Positions 10,390 through 24,310 of a DNA stretch of 64,000 bases are shown piece after piece. The stretch comes from Albugo candida. Taxonomy: Eukaryota. Made by a program: the position numbers and the translations under genes. Below the pieces are notes generated by a model that saw only the letters and a program-made list of their open reading frames with translations, had not been told where the DNA came from and did no database searches. The stretch spans positions 248,001 through 312,000 of the forward strand of contig JBDOQK010000004.1 of assembly GCA_040437565.1 (NCBI GenBank), read 5' to 3'. Positions within the stretch are counted from its first letter, which is position 1, and each line of letters begins with the position of its first letter.

Positions 10390-12254
10390 GGGAAGCTCAA
10401 CGGCAACGTCTTCGTGGACAAATAAGACCATTCTTTCCGTAAACACAAACGGAATCAAAAAGAATGGTCAACTTTCCATCTCACATACTTTTTCAAGGTA
10501 CGCCCTTTATTGTTCACAAGAGACTCATTTCCGCGACCGTCACCACCTGGAGACCTTTGAGTTTCACTTGGCTTCCACATTCCGACATCATCTTTTTGTC
10601 ACTGATTCCAATGGGGATCACTCTCATCCCGTTGGGGAAAGAGTAAACGGGGTTATGACTATTATTCGTCCCGATTTCCCGGATTTGAATCTGCACAAGC
10701 TCTCACCACTGTCTCCGTACCGACCAATATTTGGTTGTACGTTTTGTGATACTTGGAGCTCCAGTATACGTAAATAACATTCATGCTCCGGTGAACCCAG
10801 GGGAACAAAAACTATTTCTTGATCAACTTTCAACGGGATCCTTTGAACAACACGCGACGCACATAGTTTGTGGCGATCTGAAGACAACATTGTTTCTCAG
10901 CTTGGATTGCTCCAGTAGTGTATGTAGACACGAGACAAGTCGACTATCATCTTTGGAATGACTCTACAACTTGGGTGTTCTGGATGCTTTGCGTCAACAT
11001 CATCCTGTAGCACGTATCTTTACTGGCCCCAAACCAAGAAAAACCGACTAGATTACATCCTTTTGTCGGAACCTCTATTCCAGTCAGTTTACAAGGAGTC
11101 CAGTTACATTTCAATCCCTCATACGGGTGATTATCTGTGCATGTTGTGAAGTCCGCAAATCCATCCCAACACCAAAGTCGTGGTTATTGGAGATGTCCTT
11201 TATCACGATTCGACTATCTAGTAATAAAAAAAGCGATCGAGGAGGAGGCGGATCGTATCTTGGCAAAGCTTCGTGTTTCTTCTCATCCTGAAAACGACTG
11301 GGAGAATTGGAAGAAGCCCACAACAAAATTTTAACATCAAGTTTAAAAGAAGCTTCGTCGACAGGGAGATTTGGACGTCACACACGCTCGTGCTGAGTAG
11401 GACGAAGCTGCAGAAGCTTTTCGACAATCAAGTCACGACCAAGAAAGAAAGTTGCACGAGAAAGCTCTTCGCTCGTATCAGAACGGGTAAGGAGTTCGTC
11501 CAAGTATAATCAAGACTCCATGCTCGACTACCACATGAAGAACATGGAGAAAGCTTCTCGCTATCTCTTTCGCCCCATGGATTTGACTTGTTATCGTGTG
11601 CCTTTAGAAGAAGTTCTACTTCCCAATGGACAAGTGTCTAAGAATCCCATTGATATAACTCTTCAGTTCACAGATCACTGGGTGGTATCATCGGAGATCA
11701 AAAAAGTTCAGCAGGACTTCTTTTGCGTCCATGTGCGACACAACAAGACACATTGCTTTAATCGACAACAGCAACAATTTTCAGCCTTGACGAATCCTAT
11801 TTGTCGGCTCGATTAACCATAATGGAGATGGAAGAAGCAATAAAAAGTATGCGTGGACACTCGTCACCTGGAATGGACGGATTGCCGGCAGCAACTTGCT
11901 TCGAGTGTTTTTGGTGAATGTCTGAAAATTGTTTTCGAACACCAACTTCGTCGATGCTCATTGCTGCGTTCTCAACGTAGTTCAGCAATCATGTTGCTAT
12001 GAAAAAAGATCCCGTGCTGATCCTGGTAACTATCGTCCTATCGCCCTGACATCAGTGAATTTGAAAATGCTGTCGAAAGCACTTGCGTACCGACTTCAGC
12101 AGGTGCTTTCGAAATGGATCCACCAGGATCAAAAAGCATTTCTGCGAGGCCGTTCCATCCATCGTCACATTGGGTACATGAGTGACCTGCAGGATATGGT
12201 CCCTCCTCGTGATAAAGAAGCATACGAAACGTTTGTCGATTTTGAGAAAGCGGA
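10364..12254 (+). pseudogene. LINE ORF2, copy 2 (APE and partial RT)
   Basis: APE and RT motifs as in copy 1, with multiple frameshifts. Confidence 0.85.
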
Positions 12255-12354
12255 NNNNNNNNNNNNNNNNNNNNNNNNNNNNNNNNNNNNNNNNNNNNNN
12301 NNNNNNNNNNNNNNNNNNNNNNNNNNNNNNNNNNNNNNNNNNNNNNNNNNNNNN

Positions 12355-15351
12355 ATCACATCGACATTTCTTTCGACCAGTGGACTCAACATGTCATCGT
12401 GCCGTGTACCCTAGGAGGAAGTTCTACTGCCTACTTGCCAAGTTTCTCTGACTCCTTTCGATATCCCCCTTCAGTTCACAGATCACTGGGTAGGTATCAT
12501 GGGAGACCCATGAAGTTCAGCTGGACTTCCTTTGCGCCCATGTGCGACGCAACAACAAAAATTACTTCAATCCATCACAAAAACATTCTCCAGATTGGAT
12601 GAATCCTTTTTGTCCTCTCCCATAACAAAACGGGAGATGGAAGAAGCAATCAATCACATGCGTGGACATTCATCACCTGGAATGGACGGATTGCCCGCAG
12701 CATTCTACCAACTCGCTCCAAGTGTTTTTGGTGAATGTCTAAAAATTGTTTTCCAACACCAACTTCGTCGAGGCTCTTTGCTGCGTTCTCAACGTAGTTC
12801 AGCAATCACGTTGCTATACAAAAAAGGATCCCGTGCTGATCCTGGCAACTATCGTCCTATTGCCCTGATATGCGTGGATGTGAAAGTGCTGTCGAAGGTA
12901 CTCGCGTACCGACTTCAGCAGGTGCTTCCGAAATTCATCCACGAGGATCAAAACGCATTTCTGCGAGGACATTCCATCCATCATCACATTCGGTATATGA
13001 GTGATCTGCAGGTCTGCAGGATCTAGTCACTCATCGTGATGAAGAAGCATACGCAGCATTTCTGGATTTTGAGAAAGCGTACGATCGAGTGGATTGGTCG
13101 TACATGTTTGCGGTTTTATCGAAAATGAATTGTGGAAACTCTTTCAGCCAGTGGACAAAGCTTCTTTACACCAACACGAATGTATCGTTGTTGTTGAATG
13201 GAACGCTTTCGTCAAAAATCACTCCGTCGAGGGGTGTTAAACAGGGTGATCCACTGTCCGTTCTGCTCTTTCTCATGACGATTGAGCCTTTGGGAAATTT
13301 GTTGCGGAGGATTGAAGGATCCGGAATATGTATCACTCCAACGAATACAGCAACAAGTTTTCTTTTTTTTTTGAGAGCCACTCGACCTTATTATCGTCTT
13401 CGCTCGGGAAGTAGAGGCGCAGATCGAGATCGTTCAGCACTACTGAGAGGGCTCAGGAGCAAAGCTTAACTTGTCCAAATTCAATTTTCTCCTCCTCAAT
13501 CGACACCAATTATGTCCACCGTTTGAAGAAGTGACAGCACTCTCAGCGAGTGAGTCGGTGAAATACTTGGGAGTTCCATTCAGTCAATCACCCGTTGGTG
13601 ATTTGATGATTGAATTTTTAGAGAATCCTTTTTATATTGGATTCCGTCAGTGGTTTCGTCGAGCCAGAACAGTTCGTGGAAGACTACTGGTGGCGCAAAC
13701 TATGGTTTTATCACGTTTATGGCACTGTACAACTCATTTGAACATTCCGCAATATATACTTCGCCGGTGGCAGTCGATGCTTAATCGATTTGTTTTGAGT
13801 CGGAAGTATGAGCGAGATTCAACACACGTTCAGCTGATAAAGTCGGAATTCATGTACCTACCTCATTCAAAAGGCGGAGTACAGGTTCCTTTTATCGCAG
13901 CACAATTGAATAAACAACTATTTCAGTTTTTACAACAATTTCTATTGAATTCCAGTACAGCTTCACCCAGCAACTGGACACTTACTGGATTGGAGATCAC
14001 ACGATGCATCTTGCCCGATTTTGGGCCATATCGATCACTCGATATCCTCACGATATCACCACGTCGACATAGCACTTGTGCATCGGAATATAGCGTCATC
14101 ATGGTGGAAGCAGACATGTATTTGGTTTCACCAAATTCAGTCGGATCTTACCAGCACCTATCTATCACAGCAAGAGAGATTTTCCACGCTGTTGGATGCC
14201 CACCTATGGTTTCATATCGATCCTCGGCTTCACTTTGAGAAGAGGCAACGGGTAACAAGTGTCTAGGCTCATCGACGATGTTTGGGAATGGTACCCGAAC
14301 CAGCGCGCAGTCTTCGGATGCGATTCGCTCAAGCGTTTCACATACGGTCCCTACGCGACTTGTTTGGTGGAAGAACGGACTGGTTCGCCTCTGCTCTAGA
14401 ATTCATTTTGCGTTTTAGTACAAGTGAAGTTGGTAAGCCGTCCAATCAGTCTCAATCGAAGTTTTCACGCTGATTATACGTCGAAGCAACGCAAATTCTT
14501 CGAAGTGCTCAACCAGTTGGAGTATTATACTGTCCCGAAAGGGAAATAACACGAGTATTTCCGGTTCACTTTGGCATTCAACTTTCGGACTGGAAGTTTA
14601 TCTTTCCGCTGATTCCTCGGAACCAACTGTATCGCGTCAGTGGGAAGGCACTGCCACCGGATAAATTACACCCACTGTTGCTTCACGTATCAGAACGTGA
14701 TCGAAGTGGGGCGTCAACATGGGTGAAAGATTTTTACAAGTTATACAAACGTCTTTGCAGACGTTTCCTACCGATCTATTCGGATGTCCCGTTCCGACTA
14801 TCCTTCTGTATCCTGCCCGTTCGAGCACGATTTTGGTTTTTACAACAATCACATCCAGAAATCATCCTGTGCACTCAGAAGCATTGTGGTGCGGTCGAAA
14901 GCTACCAGCATTTGTTTTTCGATTGCAACAGGACAAGTACAATTTGGGAAGAGCTCTTTCCGTCGTGGACACTCTTCTTTTCTGTTCGCCCGCGATGGTC
15001 ACATATCGCGTGTGCACGGTTCCTGCACTTCGTGATGCGTGGAAACCTTTTCGAGTGGTTCTGGAGGATCTTTGGTTTACATTAGTCGCGGTCGCGATTC
15101 ATTTTATTTGGACGGATCGGAATCGCAGACTTTTCGCCCACGGCACTTCGACGCCAACTGCCCCAGCTGTTTCGGTGATTTATAGCACACTGAGTGCCCA
15201 TATCCGCTATTTTCAACGTCAGTGCTATGATACGGAGCAGCTCGAGCACTTGACACAAGTATTAGCGTCTTATCAGCATACTGGTTCAGCAAGGAGATAT
15301 TTCTCTGCTCGACCCAGCCTGCTTCACGTTCGGCGCCATCAACGATTTTAA
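12355..15351 (+). pseudogene. LINE ORF2, copy 3 (RT and zf-RVT)
   Basis: SPGMDGLP, NYRPIALICVD, GVKQGDPLS, YLGVPF, CTQKHCGAVESYQHLFFDC. Frameshifts include an 8-bp duplication near 13005-13020. Confidence 0.9.
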
Positions 15352-15531
15352 GTCGGTGATGCGTGGCGTTTTTAACACAGTACTATCTTATTCCAGTCTC
15401 TGAGCCTCGCCGCGGGTTTGTAAACCAACTTCGCATTTCATTTTGTTTATTTATTGTAGTTTAGGCATTAGAGAAGTCATTTAAGTCTAATTCTAATAAT
15501 ATAGACAACTTCAACTAGGTCCTTAGTTCAC
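12355..15531 (+). mobile_element. L1/Tx1-type LINE, copy 3 (RT to 3' end; 5' part lost in the gap)
   Basis: Restarts at the position equivalent to about 4526 of copy 1 and differs clearly from the equivalent part of copy 2 (11553 onward), so it is a distinct copy. ORF2 ends at 15351. The 3' UTR ends ...CTTCAACTAGGTCCTTAGTTCAC. Confidence 0.88.
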
Positions 15532-15599
15532 TTAACCGCTGTTCGAAGCCTCTACGAACTTATCTTATCTGATGTCAGCTAGGTTGCTAATCTTGATGT

Positions 15600-18060
15600 T
15601 CGAAATGTTTTGTTGGTATTAACTACGTCAAGAAATCGGCAAGCAGAAGTTTTGTTGGGATATACTCCAACTTAACGCTTTTAATTTCGAGATCAGGTAT
15701 GAAATGATGTCGGTTGTCAATATGCTTTGCTAGACTCTGATATCCATCATTTCTTGCGATCGCGATTGCGCTCTGATTATCCCCGATCAGTTGGACACAA
15801 ATGGACATTGCAATGTATTCAGCTTCAGCTGAGCTAGGCGCAATACTATTCTGTAGTCGAGATATGTATACTTATGGAGTGCCCTTTATCATGACCATAA
15901 TGCCTGATGTTGAAGGTCGATCATCACGGCTTCCTCTCAAATCTGATTGACTGTAGGCTTCTTTCAATAATTCTTCATTGTTACCTCTAAGTACCAAACC
16001 AAGTTTCGGAGATGTCTTCAAATATCCGAGAGCTCGAATACCTGCAGTCCAATGTGCGAGAAACGGCTTCTACAAGAATAGACTTTGTTCGCACACACCA
16101 AATGAAACGTCGGATCTGGTACTCATTGTACTGTAAAGAAGGGATCCAATCAATGACCGATAGGGCTTGTTCCTCGTATGTTCGTCTTCATTGATTGCTT
16201 TTGTCAGCTTTTGACTTGTGCAGTTTGGATTATAAGCAGGAGCTAGTTTTTTTGGGCGAACTTCTCATCCATCCGTTTGATAGAAGCCTTCTGTTACAGA
16301 CGTGTCACTTTGTTGCTCTTTTCGTACGATAATTCTATGCCCAAATTGAACTGAGCCATGCCGAGTATCTCCATTGTGAAAATTTACGCGAGTTGCTTGC
16401 TGACATCTTTTATCACATCAATCGATTTTGCTGAAATCAACTTGTCATCGACATAGAGTGCGAGATACACGAGTTGTTTCTGTTTACGGCGAACAAAAAT
16501 GCAAGAGTCAGAGGTGCATTGCTTGAACTCAAGATCCAAGAAAACTTTCGAGATCGTCTTGTACCATACCGCTAGTGCTTGCTTGATCCATATAAACTTC
16601 TTTCTAGTTTACATTCTTGACCGGATTGGATTTTTAATCTTCGCGGTGGCCACATGTATACCTGTTCTTTCAATATTCATTGGGAAATGCTGTATCCACA
16701 TCATACTGGTAAATATCGTATCCGAGTTGAACACACAGGCTGAGAAGTACTCTGAGTGAACTGGTTCTTATCGTGTTTTTCTGTATAGTCGACTCCAGCT
16801 GTTTGTCGAAGTGCTTGTGCAAACAGTCGGGCCTTATATCACTGAACTTCACCATGTTCATCTCGCTTGATCGCAAACACCCATTTGCACCCCATCACTT
16901 TTTGACCATTCGGAGAAGTGAGAATTTTACATGTCTTCTTTTCATCCACATATTTGAATTTTGATGCTATCGCAATTTTCCATTGGAGTGCTTCACCACT
17001 TTGCACTTCTTTCTGATACGTTGTAGGGCTATTAAATGCTGCGTTTGCTTGCTCGGACATAAGCCGCAATCGCTTTGACTCTGAATTGACTTCATGCTGA
17101 TCGAGCTGATTTCCATCTGTATACGGAAATGATGGCATCACTGAAACTACTTGCTGGTGGTGTTCTGTGGCGACGTCTGAAAACCATAGTTGTGCCGTGA
17201 TTATAAGAATACTCATCCATTTCGATTCGTCTCCTCGGCACAAAATTGTTTCGGGGCGTTGCCACTAAGTAGTAACTTGGCTAGGAGGTACTGGGATAAT
17301 TTCTCGACCATAATCTTCATCAACCTCCATAGAGGACGTGCNNNNNNNNNNNNNNNNNNNNNNNNNNNNNNNNNNNNNNNNNNNNNNNNNNNNNNNNNNN
17401 NNNNNNNNNNNNNNNNNNNNNNNNNNNNNNNNNNNNNNNNNCGGAAATGATGGCATCACTGAAACTACTTGCTGGTGGTGTTCTGTGGCGACGTCTGAAA
17501 ACCATAGCTGTGCCGTGATTATAAGAATACTCATCCATTTCGATTCGTCTCCTCGGCACAAAATTGTTTCGGGGCGTTGCCACTAAGTAGTAACTTGGCT
17601 GGGAGGTACTGGGATAATTTCTCGACCATAATCTTCATCAATCTTTATGGAGGACGTGCCTTTAGAATCGTGATCCAACGGTGCTAAGTTTGTATCGGAT
17701 CGTCCAGGTAACGTGAGCTGATGGTTTTGGTATTTTTGGCCAGCTTGATCAATTTCCATGAACTGAGGATTCTGAGACTCGATGCGCACATATGAAGTAC
17801 GATAGTCATCATCAAATGAATTTATTCTTCGAGTCATTTCAAGGTTTTGAACAACGCCTTGAACATACTTGGTCTTAATTACTGTCGTTACGTCAATGAT
17901 TTGTGAAATCTCCACTCGCTTGGTAGGTTTGTTGAATATCCGATACGCGTAAGACCCTCCACCTTGTGATTGATGGTCATCAGGGAGAAATCGATTAGCA
18001 GGTATGTGCACGCGTTGCATGCTATAATTAGGTACATACTGGTCAATCAATACAATCCGA
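15600..18060 (-). mobile_element. Ty1/Copia pol remnant (integrase C-terminus, RT, RNase H); no LTRs found
   Basis: Minus-strand motifs: SYAYRIFN; SPTTY..W..AI; VMGCKWVFAIKRDEHG; QYDVDTAF; LYVDD; SSAEAEYIA; GDNQSAIAIA..AKHID.RHHFI; LLADFLT. Confidence 0.9.
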
Positions 18061-20014
18061 CTGAAAAGAATTTAAAAGAGCGGGTTCATCAAATGCATTA
18101 CGACATGGAGGCATAACGTCATGACCACGTGAGCAGCCGAGAAACTATTCACACTCCATTCTGTGACCACACAACATTGAAAAGTGCCGCTTCTGTAACC
18201 GTACCGCAAGACCAAGAATGCCGCGTAAAGATGTACCGTGTATTTGTTTATCTTAGTTGATCCAAAGAAACATGGAGCATTGGCACTACAATTTGAGGAC
18301 AAGCTCGCTATGCACTCAATAACCTAAATATAAATACGAGGCCTTCTAATTTTGTTTGAGCTTTTGCAATCTAATTCTCTTTTATTTCGGCAGGGAGGCG
18401 GATCCGTGAAAATGACGTTATCTTGATTGAGCTACCGTGAAAATAATTTTCCACTAGGAGTAGTGGCAAATATTTCTCTCGCATCTGCGGGCACCATTAC
18501 GTCGCTCATGTGTTATTGCCAATGAACTTCCCAAGCGAAATCTAAGTGTGGTCTTGTTTTGATGGGATGGTACTGGCAAAGAGTGTGCTCTAGATGCTAC
18601 AACTCGTACACTTTAACAAAATTCGATGGAAGCGAATGATTTAGGAGCTGGGATTTCAAGACACTACGGAACTTACACTTGAAACAATCGGTAATTCGAG
18701 ACGGCTTTTTATATAACTTGATCATTTCCCCTGTACTAAAAAAGAGCGACGTGTTTCTAAAATTGCAATGTATATTAGTGCATGATTGCAAGTAGTACAA
18801 ATTGATGAATATACATTACATGTGGGTCGATCTGAAAGCTCATGATCTCCTTGGTGGACCATTAAAGCTTTATTCCGAGTTTAGAGCGGATAAAGAGAGC
18901 GGAAGTACACGGAGGCAGCGACTTCATGATACGCATATCATATAAGCAACGGGAATGATGGTGCGACTTGTGCACACTACGTGAAAGGGAATGCGAATAT
19001 TCAACTCACGTCTGCTATAGAGAAATGGTGAAGAATGAGATGTTTATATTGGTGCTGTGGTAGACACCATAGAATCAATTACCGCTTCCATTCAGCTCAT
19101 GGACCAGCCAATACAGAAATGATATGCGTAGCAGCTGCAGTTGGTAATATCGTTTTGCCCGACCACTTAAGTTTGCATCGAATGAGACTTCTACTGCCTA
19201 TTACCTCCGTTCCGACCAAAGTATCCTGATTCGATCTCTACTTCTATGAAACTGACTGACTGTACATCCTTACGTTGTATGCATGGTAATATATAACATG
19301 AGCTAGTACCTATGATTTCGCTTCCGAGATCATGATGCTCTCTTTTTTGAAATGTCAGTAGTAGATCTCATAACAATGAACCAGCCCATCATCACGCAGA
19401 ATACGTCATACAGAAAGATGTACGATTCTCAGGTCTGCAATACGGCCTTCGGTGCTCGAATCGTATAGTATGACTGGATCTACATCACAGATCTCAGATG
19501 GAACATGTCTTGGTGGTATGTGCTGGCAGAAAATAAACGATGTTCCGGCGACTGGCTTGAGAATACCTTTATCTGAAGTAACCAAGAGCGAACATATATA
19601 TTCGCAAGAACAAAATGAGTCATCTTATCGGCGCTAATCGGACTGCAGAGATTTCTTCAACATTCGGATCTTCATGTTACTAAAAAAGTACTCGAGCTCT
19701 AAGAAAACGAAGACAAAGAACAGTGATATATTCCACTGAAACCCATTGCTCCAGAAAATCGATCATTCGAAATATCGACAATATTATTAATCCATGAGTG
19801 TTGAAAGCAAGTCAGGTCCATGACGATTTACCGATGAAGAGGTCATAGTTGGGAGGAATAGGCCACCGAAAGCACAGCTGACACAATTTCGTTTCTTTTA
19901 CTAATATCAGATTTGAGATTACGGTGGCACTGAACATGCTTTATGTAAAATGAGTTGATCTAAAAGTACAATGAGGGTAAAGATGACGCTCCAAATCAGG
20001 ACCTTGAAATACCA

Positions 20015-20120
20015 TAAACAGTCACTTCATCAGAGCTGCTGTAAAGAAGATCCTTGAAAAATTCAATGAAATAGTACAAAATTCCTCTCACCGCAATGGA
20101 CCCATCCTATCCGCTGTCGA
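20015..20120 (+). mobile_element. Possible tiny Copia RT remnant
   Basis: Translates across frameshifts as SLHQ..VKKILEKFN...TAMDPSYPL, resembling the Copia RT motif LxQxxYxxKILxxF..TPM. Confidence 0.35.
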
Positions 20121-20679
20121 GCATACAACAACGAAAGCATCAGCCTCTTACAGAAAAGGCATTATTCTGAGAGTCTCACTTGTTTTAATTGCAAGACGAT
20201 CCTTGTACGTTTACAGCAAAGCTCGGAAAGCAAAGGGATCAATGTTGGGGGCAACTACGCATGATTCTTTTGTTCAAAGTCTCGTATACGTTACCAGCCT
20301 TAACGCAATGGTTATCGATTGTCAAAATGGATGAAAATGAGGTACGAGCACGCTGATAGATGTTTCTGATAGCCACATGATCATAAATTGACCATTCCAA
20401 TTAGAAAGAGTTAAACGCAACGGATTCATTCAATAGATCAAGAACTGAAGGCATGTTAACGAATCTACTCGAGTAGCCAAGACGCTATTCGCGCTTCAGT
20501 GTCATGCTGATAAATGCGCGTACGGTGTTCTATCACGCTTGGTCGGGATGCCTTACCCGCTTCAGACATGGACCAGAGAAATGTATCAAATTCGCTGCAT
20601 GTTACGCGTGTAGTGTGAGATTCATTATATAGCGAAGCGTATGTAAAAACGTCTGGGCGTTAATCATATTGGTCGTACC

Positions 20680-21290
20680 TGTAGCCGGGAAACGCGCCGT
20701 CAGATTGTGTAGGGAGCTTCTCCGATCGTCAACGCACCGTTTTTTTGCAACGGGAAATGAGATCGAGGCAGCTGCTTACATTGATTGCATTCGTTGCATT
20801 AGACGCTTTAAGTATGTCGGAAAGCGCGTGGAATTGCATACAATACTCTAGAGATTTTACTTCAGCGACGATCGCCAAATAGTGACTCCTCACCCCTCCG
20901 AAGCATCACAGCTTGACGACTCAACAAGCGAGAATGTTGCGTCGACATACTCCTTCAGGACGCACTTGATCTGATATTGCTGACTTATGAAACGCAATAA
21001 ACCTATCACTGCACTAGTGTGTCACAAATGGCATTAACTTCCTGCAAAATCTATTAAACGATTCTTTCATACAGCTTTCATTGTCTGGTCAGTTTGTGTC
21101 AGCAAATTTTGAATTGATCAATTCCCTTCTAATTTATATCCGTTAAGCAAGGGCCTTCGACGGTATTATCACGACACTAGGAAATTACCATAGGAATTGG
21201 AGAAGATGAATCATTTGCTATGAGACTTAACATAATGCTGTTCTTTTTGCTCTGTATTATTCTTTCTCCCTCTATGCTCAATCATCGGAT
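20680..21290 (+). repeat. Old dispersed repeat family A, copy 1 (homolog at about 36670-37230)
   Basis: Shared collinear blocks: GCAGCTGCTT; AAAGCGCGTGGAAT; GTGTCACAAAT; AGCAAGGGCCTTC; ATCACGACACTAGGAA; ATAATGCTGTTCTTTTT. Confidence 0.8.
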
Positions 21291-22719
21291 CTAAAGATAT
21301 GACATGAGAGTTAGATCAACAGGCAGCTTGATCTTGTGTGTTTGAGAACGAAAACATCAGTATTATTCGCTTTTTTGTAATTTTACGCTCTTGTAAATCT
21401 AACTTATGAATATTTCACAGTAGATAAGATTTTCAGGCCACACACTGGAAAAATCTATTCCTAGAATCTGCTGGAGACACAGAATTGGAATCATAAGATC
21501 TATCCTATCGGCAACTTCTAAATCCATTTTCCTGCATCATCTCATCTTCATTAGACTCATCGAAAGAGGACATCATAGTCTGGAATCCGCTACGCTCCGA
21601 CGGTAATTGGTTCGTTAGAGAAGAGCAAAAGTCTGCAGGATTGCGAGTCTGCATAAACATGTTGGTGTTTGTTCGTTCATTCCAAGGCGTGCTTTTATAA
21701 TACTGGTGATCAAGACAGAAGGCTAGGAAAATTCAACCCCGATACATCCATTATTGTGCACAAAGCTTGATAATAAAAATAGATTCTTGAATGCGTACGA
21801 GCTGCAATTTGATGTCACACTTGAGAAAGTCTTATATCTCTTCGGTCATGTACTGTGTATGCTTCACTTTTTATGATTGATTTAACAAGCTTCCTATTCC
21901 ACGACGAGTTACATTACGTTTAGTCGTGACGCTATCGACGTATCGACGACAGCGCATCATATCCTGAACCTATCTTGCATTTGCGAAAGTGCATTCAGCC
22001 GGGATTTTTGAAATTTAGGATGTGGTTCATTTGGGACTAACTAGGGCTGTTGTATTCTCTCCGGTTAGCATTCATCATATAGACCCCTACTGAGAGAGCA
22101 CTTTTTCCTCAACTTGAAGCCCTACGAACTCAGATGTCATTTGCACGGGGATACTTCTTTCTCAATAATGGATTACTTGCGTGCTCAATGACCGCTTGAG
22201 ACATGAAAAAAATTTGAGGGGTAAGACAACAGATCGTTGGGGATGGTTTCCTGCGTCTTTTAATAGCTTTGATACTGACTGAGCTGATAGATGCGACATA
22301 AGAAAAGCTCTTGCATTGGATCCAACTTTTCCTTGAGTTAGACAGAATAGCAAGACCGTCTCATGAGTACGACCGAGATAGCGGAAGAGACTGAGCACAT
22401 GCGAGCTAATTTATCTCCAGGTAAAGATGCACCAATGGCTGCGTTTTACCATCTTAATGCGGAAACGTGTCGCGAGGTTTGAGAGATTGTGTTTTCAGTT
22501 GGAAATAGGTATCTTCGATCGATTATTATACAAAGTAGGAGGACGAGGTGATCGTGGTACTATAGGACGATCACACTACTTTGTGGTGATGTGAAAGCAC
22601 TTCCAAAATCATTCGCGCATCGATGGTGACAATTTTGCCATAATCAAATCAATAAACTCGAAAAGCATTCGTGTGAGTGAGGTCGATGTTTCACCACATT
22701 CGACTCAAAAAAGGCGACT

Positions 22720-23450
22720 TTGGAAAGAGTTACGAGTGAATGCAATCTAGGTGGAAACTGTGTGCGAGGGGACAAGCGTAATTATTTTCAAAACGTTTTG
22801 CAGCGCTGAGCGCATCCCACCGCCGCCTTACTTGACTAAAAGTCATATTTATTGACTCATATACACTTTGTGTTTTTCTTAACACCTTGCAGTGATATAC
22901 TGGCGACTGCTGATATACTGGACATGACACGATGTCAGAATTAGACGTGTGCTTCCGTTATGAAATTTGTCGAAGAGGTACATTAACTAGTCCGACTTGT
23001 AGTACGCTGTATCGTATTATTCCTGAAGCTTTCTTGTATCCAAATAAAGTAGAAACCGCTGAGGATCTCCAGGCAGTCAACCTTCATGGGCTTGTAAAAA
23101 AATCAGTCAGGCATTTCTCACGGCTGAGCTTTTGCAGTATGCTCTTGTCTTCACAGCACTTCTTCTCAATCATTTTCGAATAAATAATGTCCAAGGCGCG
23201 AGTCTTAAATTCGTGTCGAATCAGCATTGTAGAAAAGGCTCACAGATCGGAAATGTGTTTGGTAGCACTTTCAGCGTTTGTGACCAAAGAGCGCACGTTC
23301 TACTGATAAACTGAGGAAAAAGTGAATGTCTACAACTAGAGTAGAGCGAACATGCTGATACCACTACATTAAGGAGACTTTGGAATTTCTAGTCACTTCT
23401 TACCCAGTCAACCTTTTCCTCCGAAGTAGATGCGCATTTTGCGTACGCGC
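22720..23450 (-). repeat. Old dispersed repeat family B, copy 1 (inverted homolog at about 61030-61800)
   Basis: Its reverse complement shares AACACATTTCCG, GAGCCTTTTCT.CAATGCTGATT, AAGACTCGCGCCTTGGA, AGAAATGCCTGACTG and AGCCCATGAA collinearly with 61260-61440. Confidence 0.8.
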
Positions 23451-24310
23451 TCTAGGTGTTCTAGATATCTGTCTATTCATATAAAAGCTTTCATTGTTGG
23501 CTTGAAGTGACATGCGAGTTGTTTCCCTCACAGGATGTATGGACCGTACTTCGTGGATTGATAACTTGTAGCGAAGGATGCTTAAATGAGGCCCTTATTA
23601 TTACACATTTCCACCATCTGCAAATAATAAAGATATCAAGCACAAGTAAAGCAGATCTTATATTTTGATCTTTAGCCATGATTGGTCTGACCGGAATGAC
23701 CGCTGGGAGAAGCACAATTAGATATCCACGATAGAGGGTGACATTTACATGTAACGCGCTCCTTGGGTCCTTCGTTTCTACGAGTCCAATTGATGCTTGC
23801 TTGCGTCATCTAAGCGCATGCTGTTGAAATTTGCTTCTTCCATTTGATTCGTCTTCAGCGCACGTGGATGTGGATACGCGTTTCGCAAATCTCCATCACT
23901 GGATCTGAGCAACGGCTTAGTGGAACTAGAGCGGTCAGTAAAACTTCTGCGGACTCCGTATAAACCCGTATACACGCTGTTTAAAACTCTTGCAAGTTGC
24001 TCCGACTCTGAGGGATTGATAATGTTACTGGATGATTTGTGACATATGCGTAATGTTAGTCTCTCTCAACCTCAGCCTCCTATGCATTAGTTTACCTTAT
24101 TTCAAAATGTATTGGGGTGTCACCGTTCAACCATAATTCATAGCTACCATCACTCCTTTGGCAGAAATTAGTCTTTCGTCATTGGCATTTGATATATCTA
24201 CTGATACCATTTTTGTGCTTTGCTTATGTCCAGACGGTAAATTTCTTGTTTGTGTCTCCTATCAAATAGAGATATTGAGCTTTTCCTTTAACGAATACTT
24301 TCAATATATT

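Larger units (their letters stand above)
7875..12254 (+). mobile_element. L1/Tx1-type LINE, copy 2 (ORF1, APE and N-terminal RT; ends at a scaffold gap)
   Basis: Collinear, diverged homolog of copy 1. ORF1 ends VVESLSVQY* at 10389. ORF2 frame reads TILSVNTNG..QETH..RLDYIL..NYRPIAL..DFEKA. Confidence 0.9.

Noticed and set aside
17123-17660. Apparent tandem duplication in the Copia remnant, with a few mismatches
   Set aside because: It flanks an N gap. The mismatches are best explained as two haplotypes or paralogous reads at contig ends.
22500-22950. Faint Copia integrase-like words on the minus strand (xHRVM, LDCIHS, DFGSAFTS)
   Set aside because: They require many frameshifts and are not evident in the homologous copy at about 61600-61800. 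Likely pattern over-reading.
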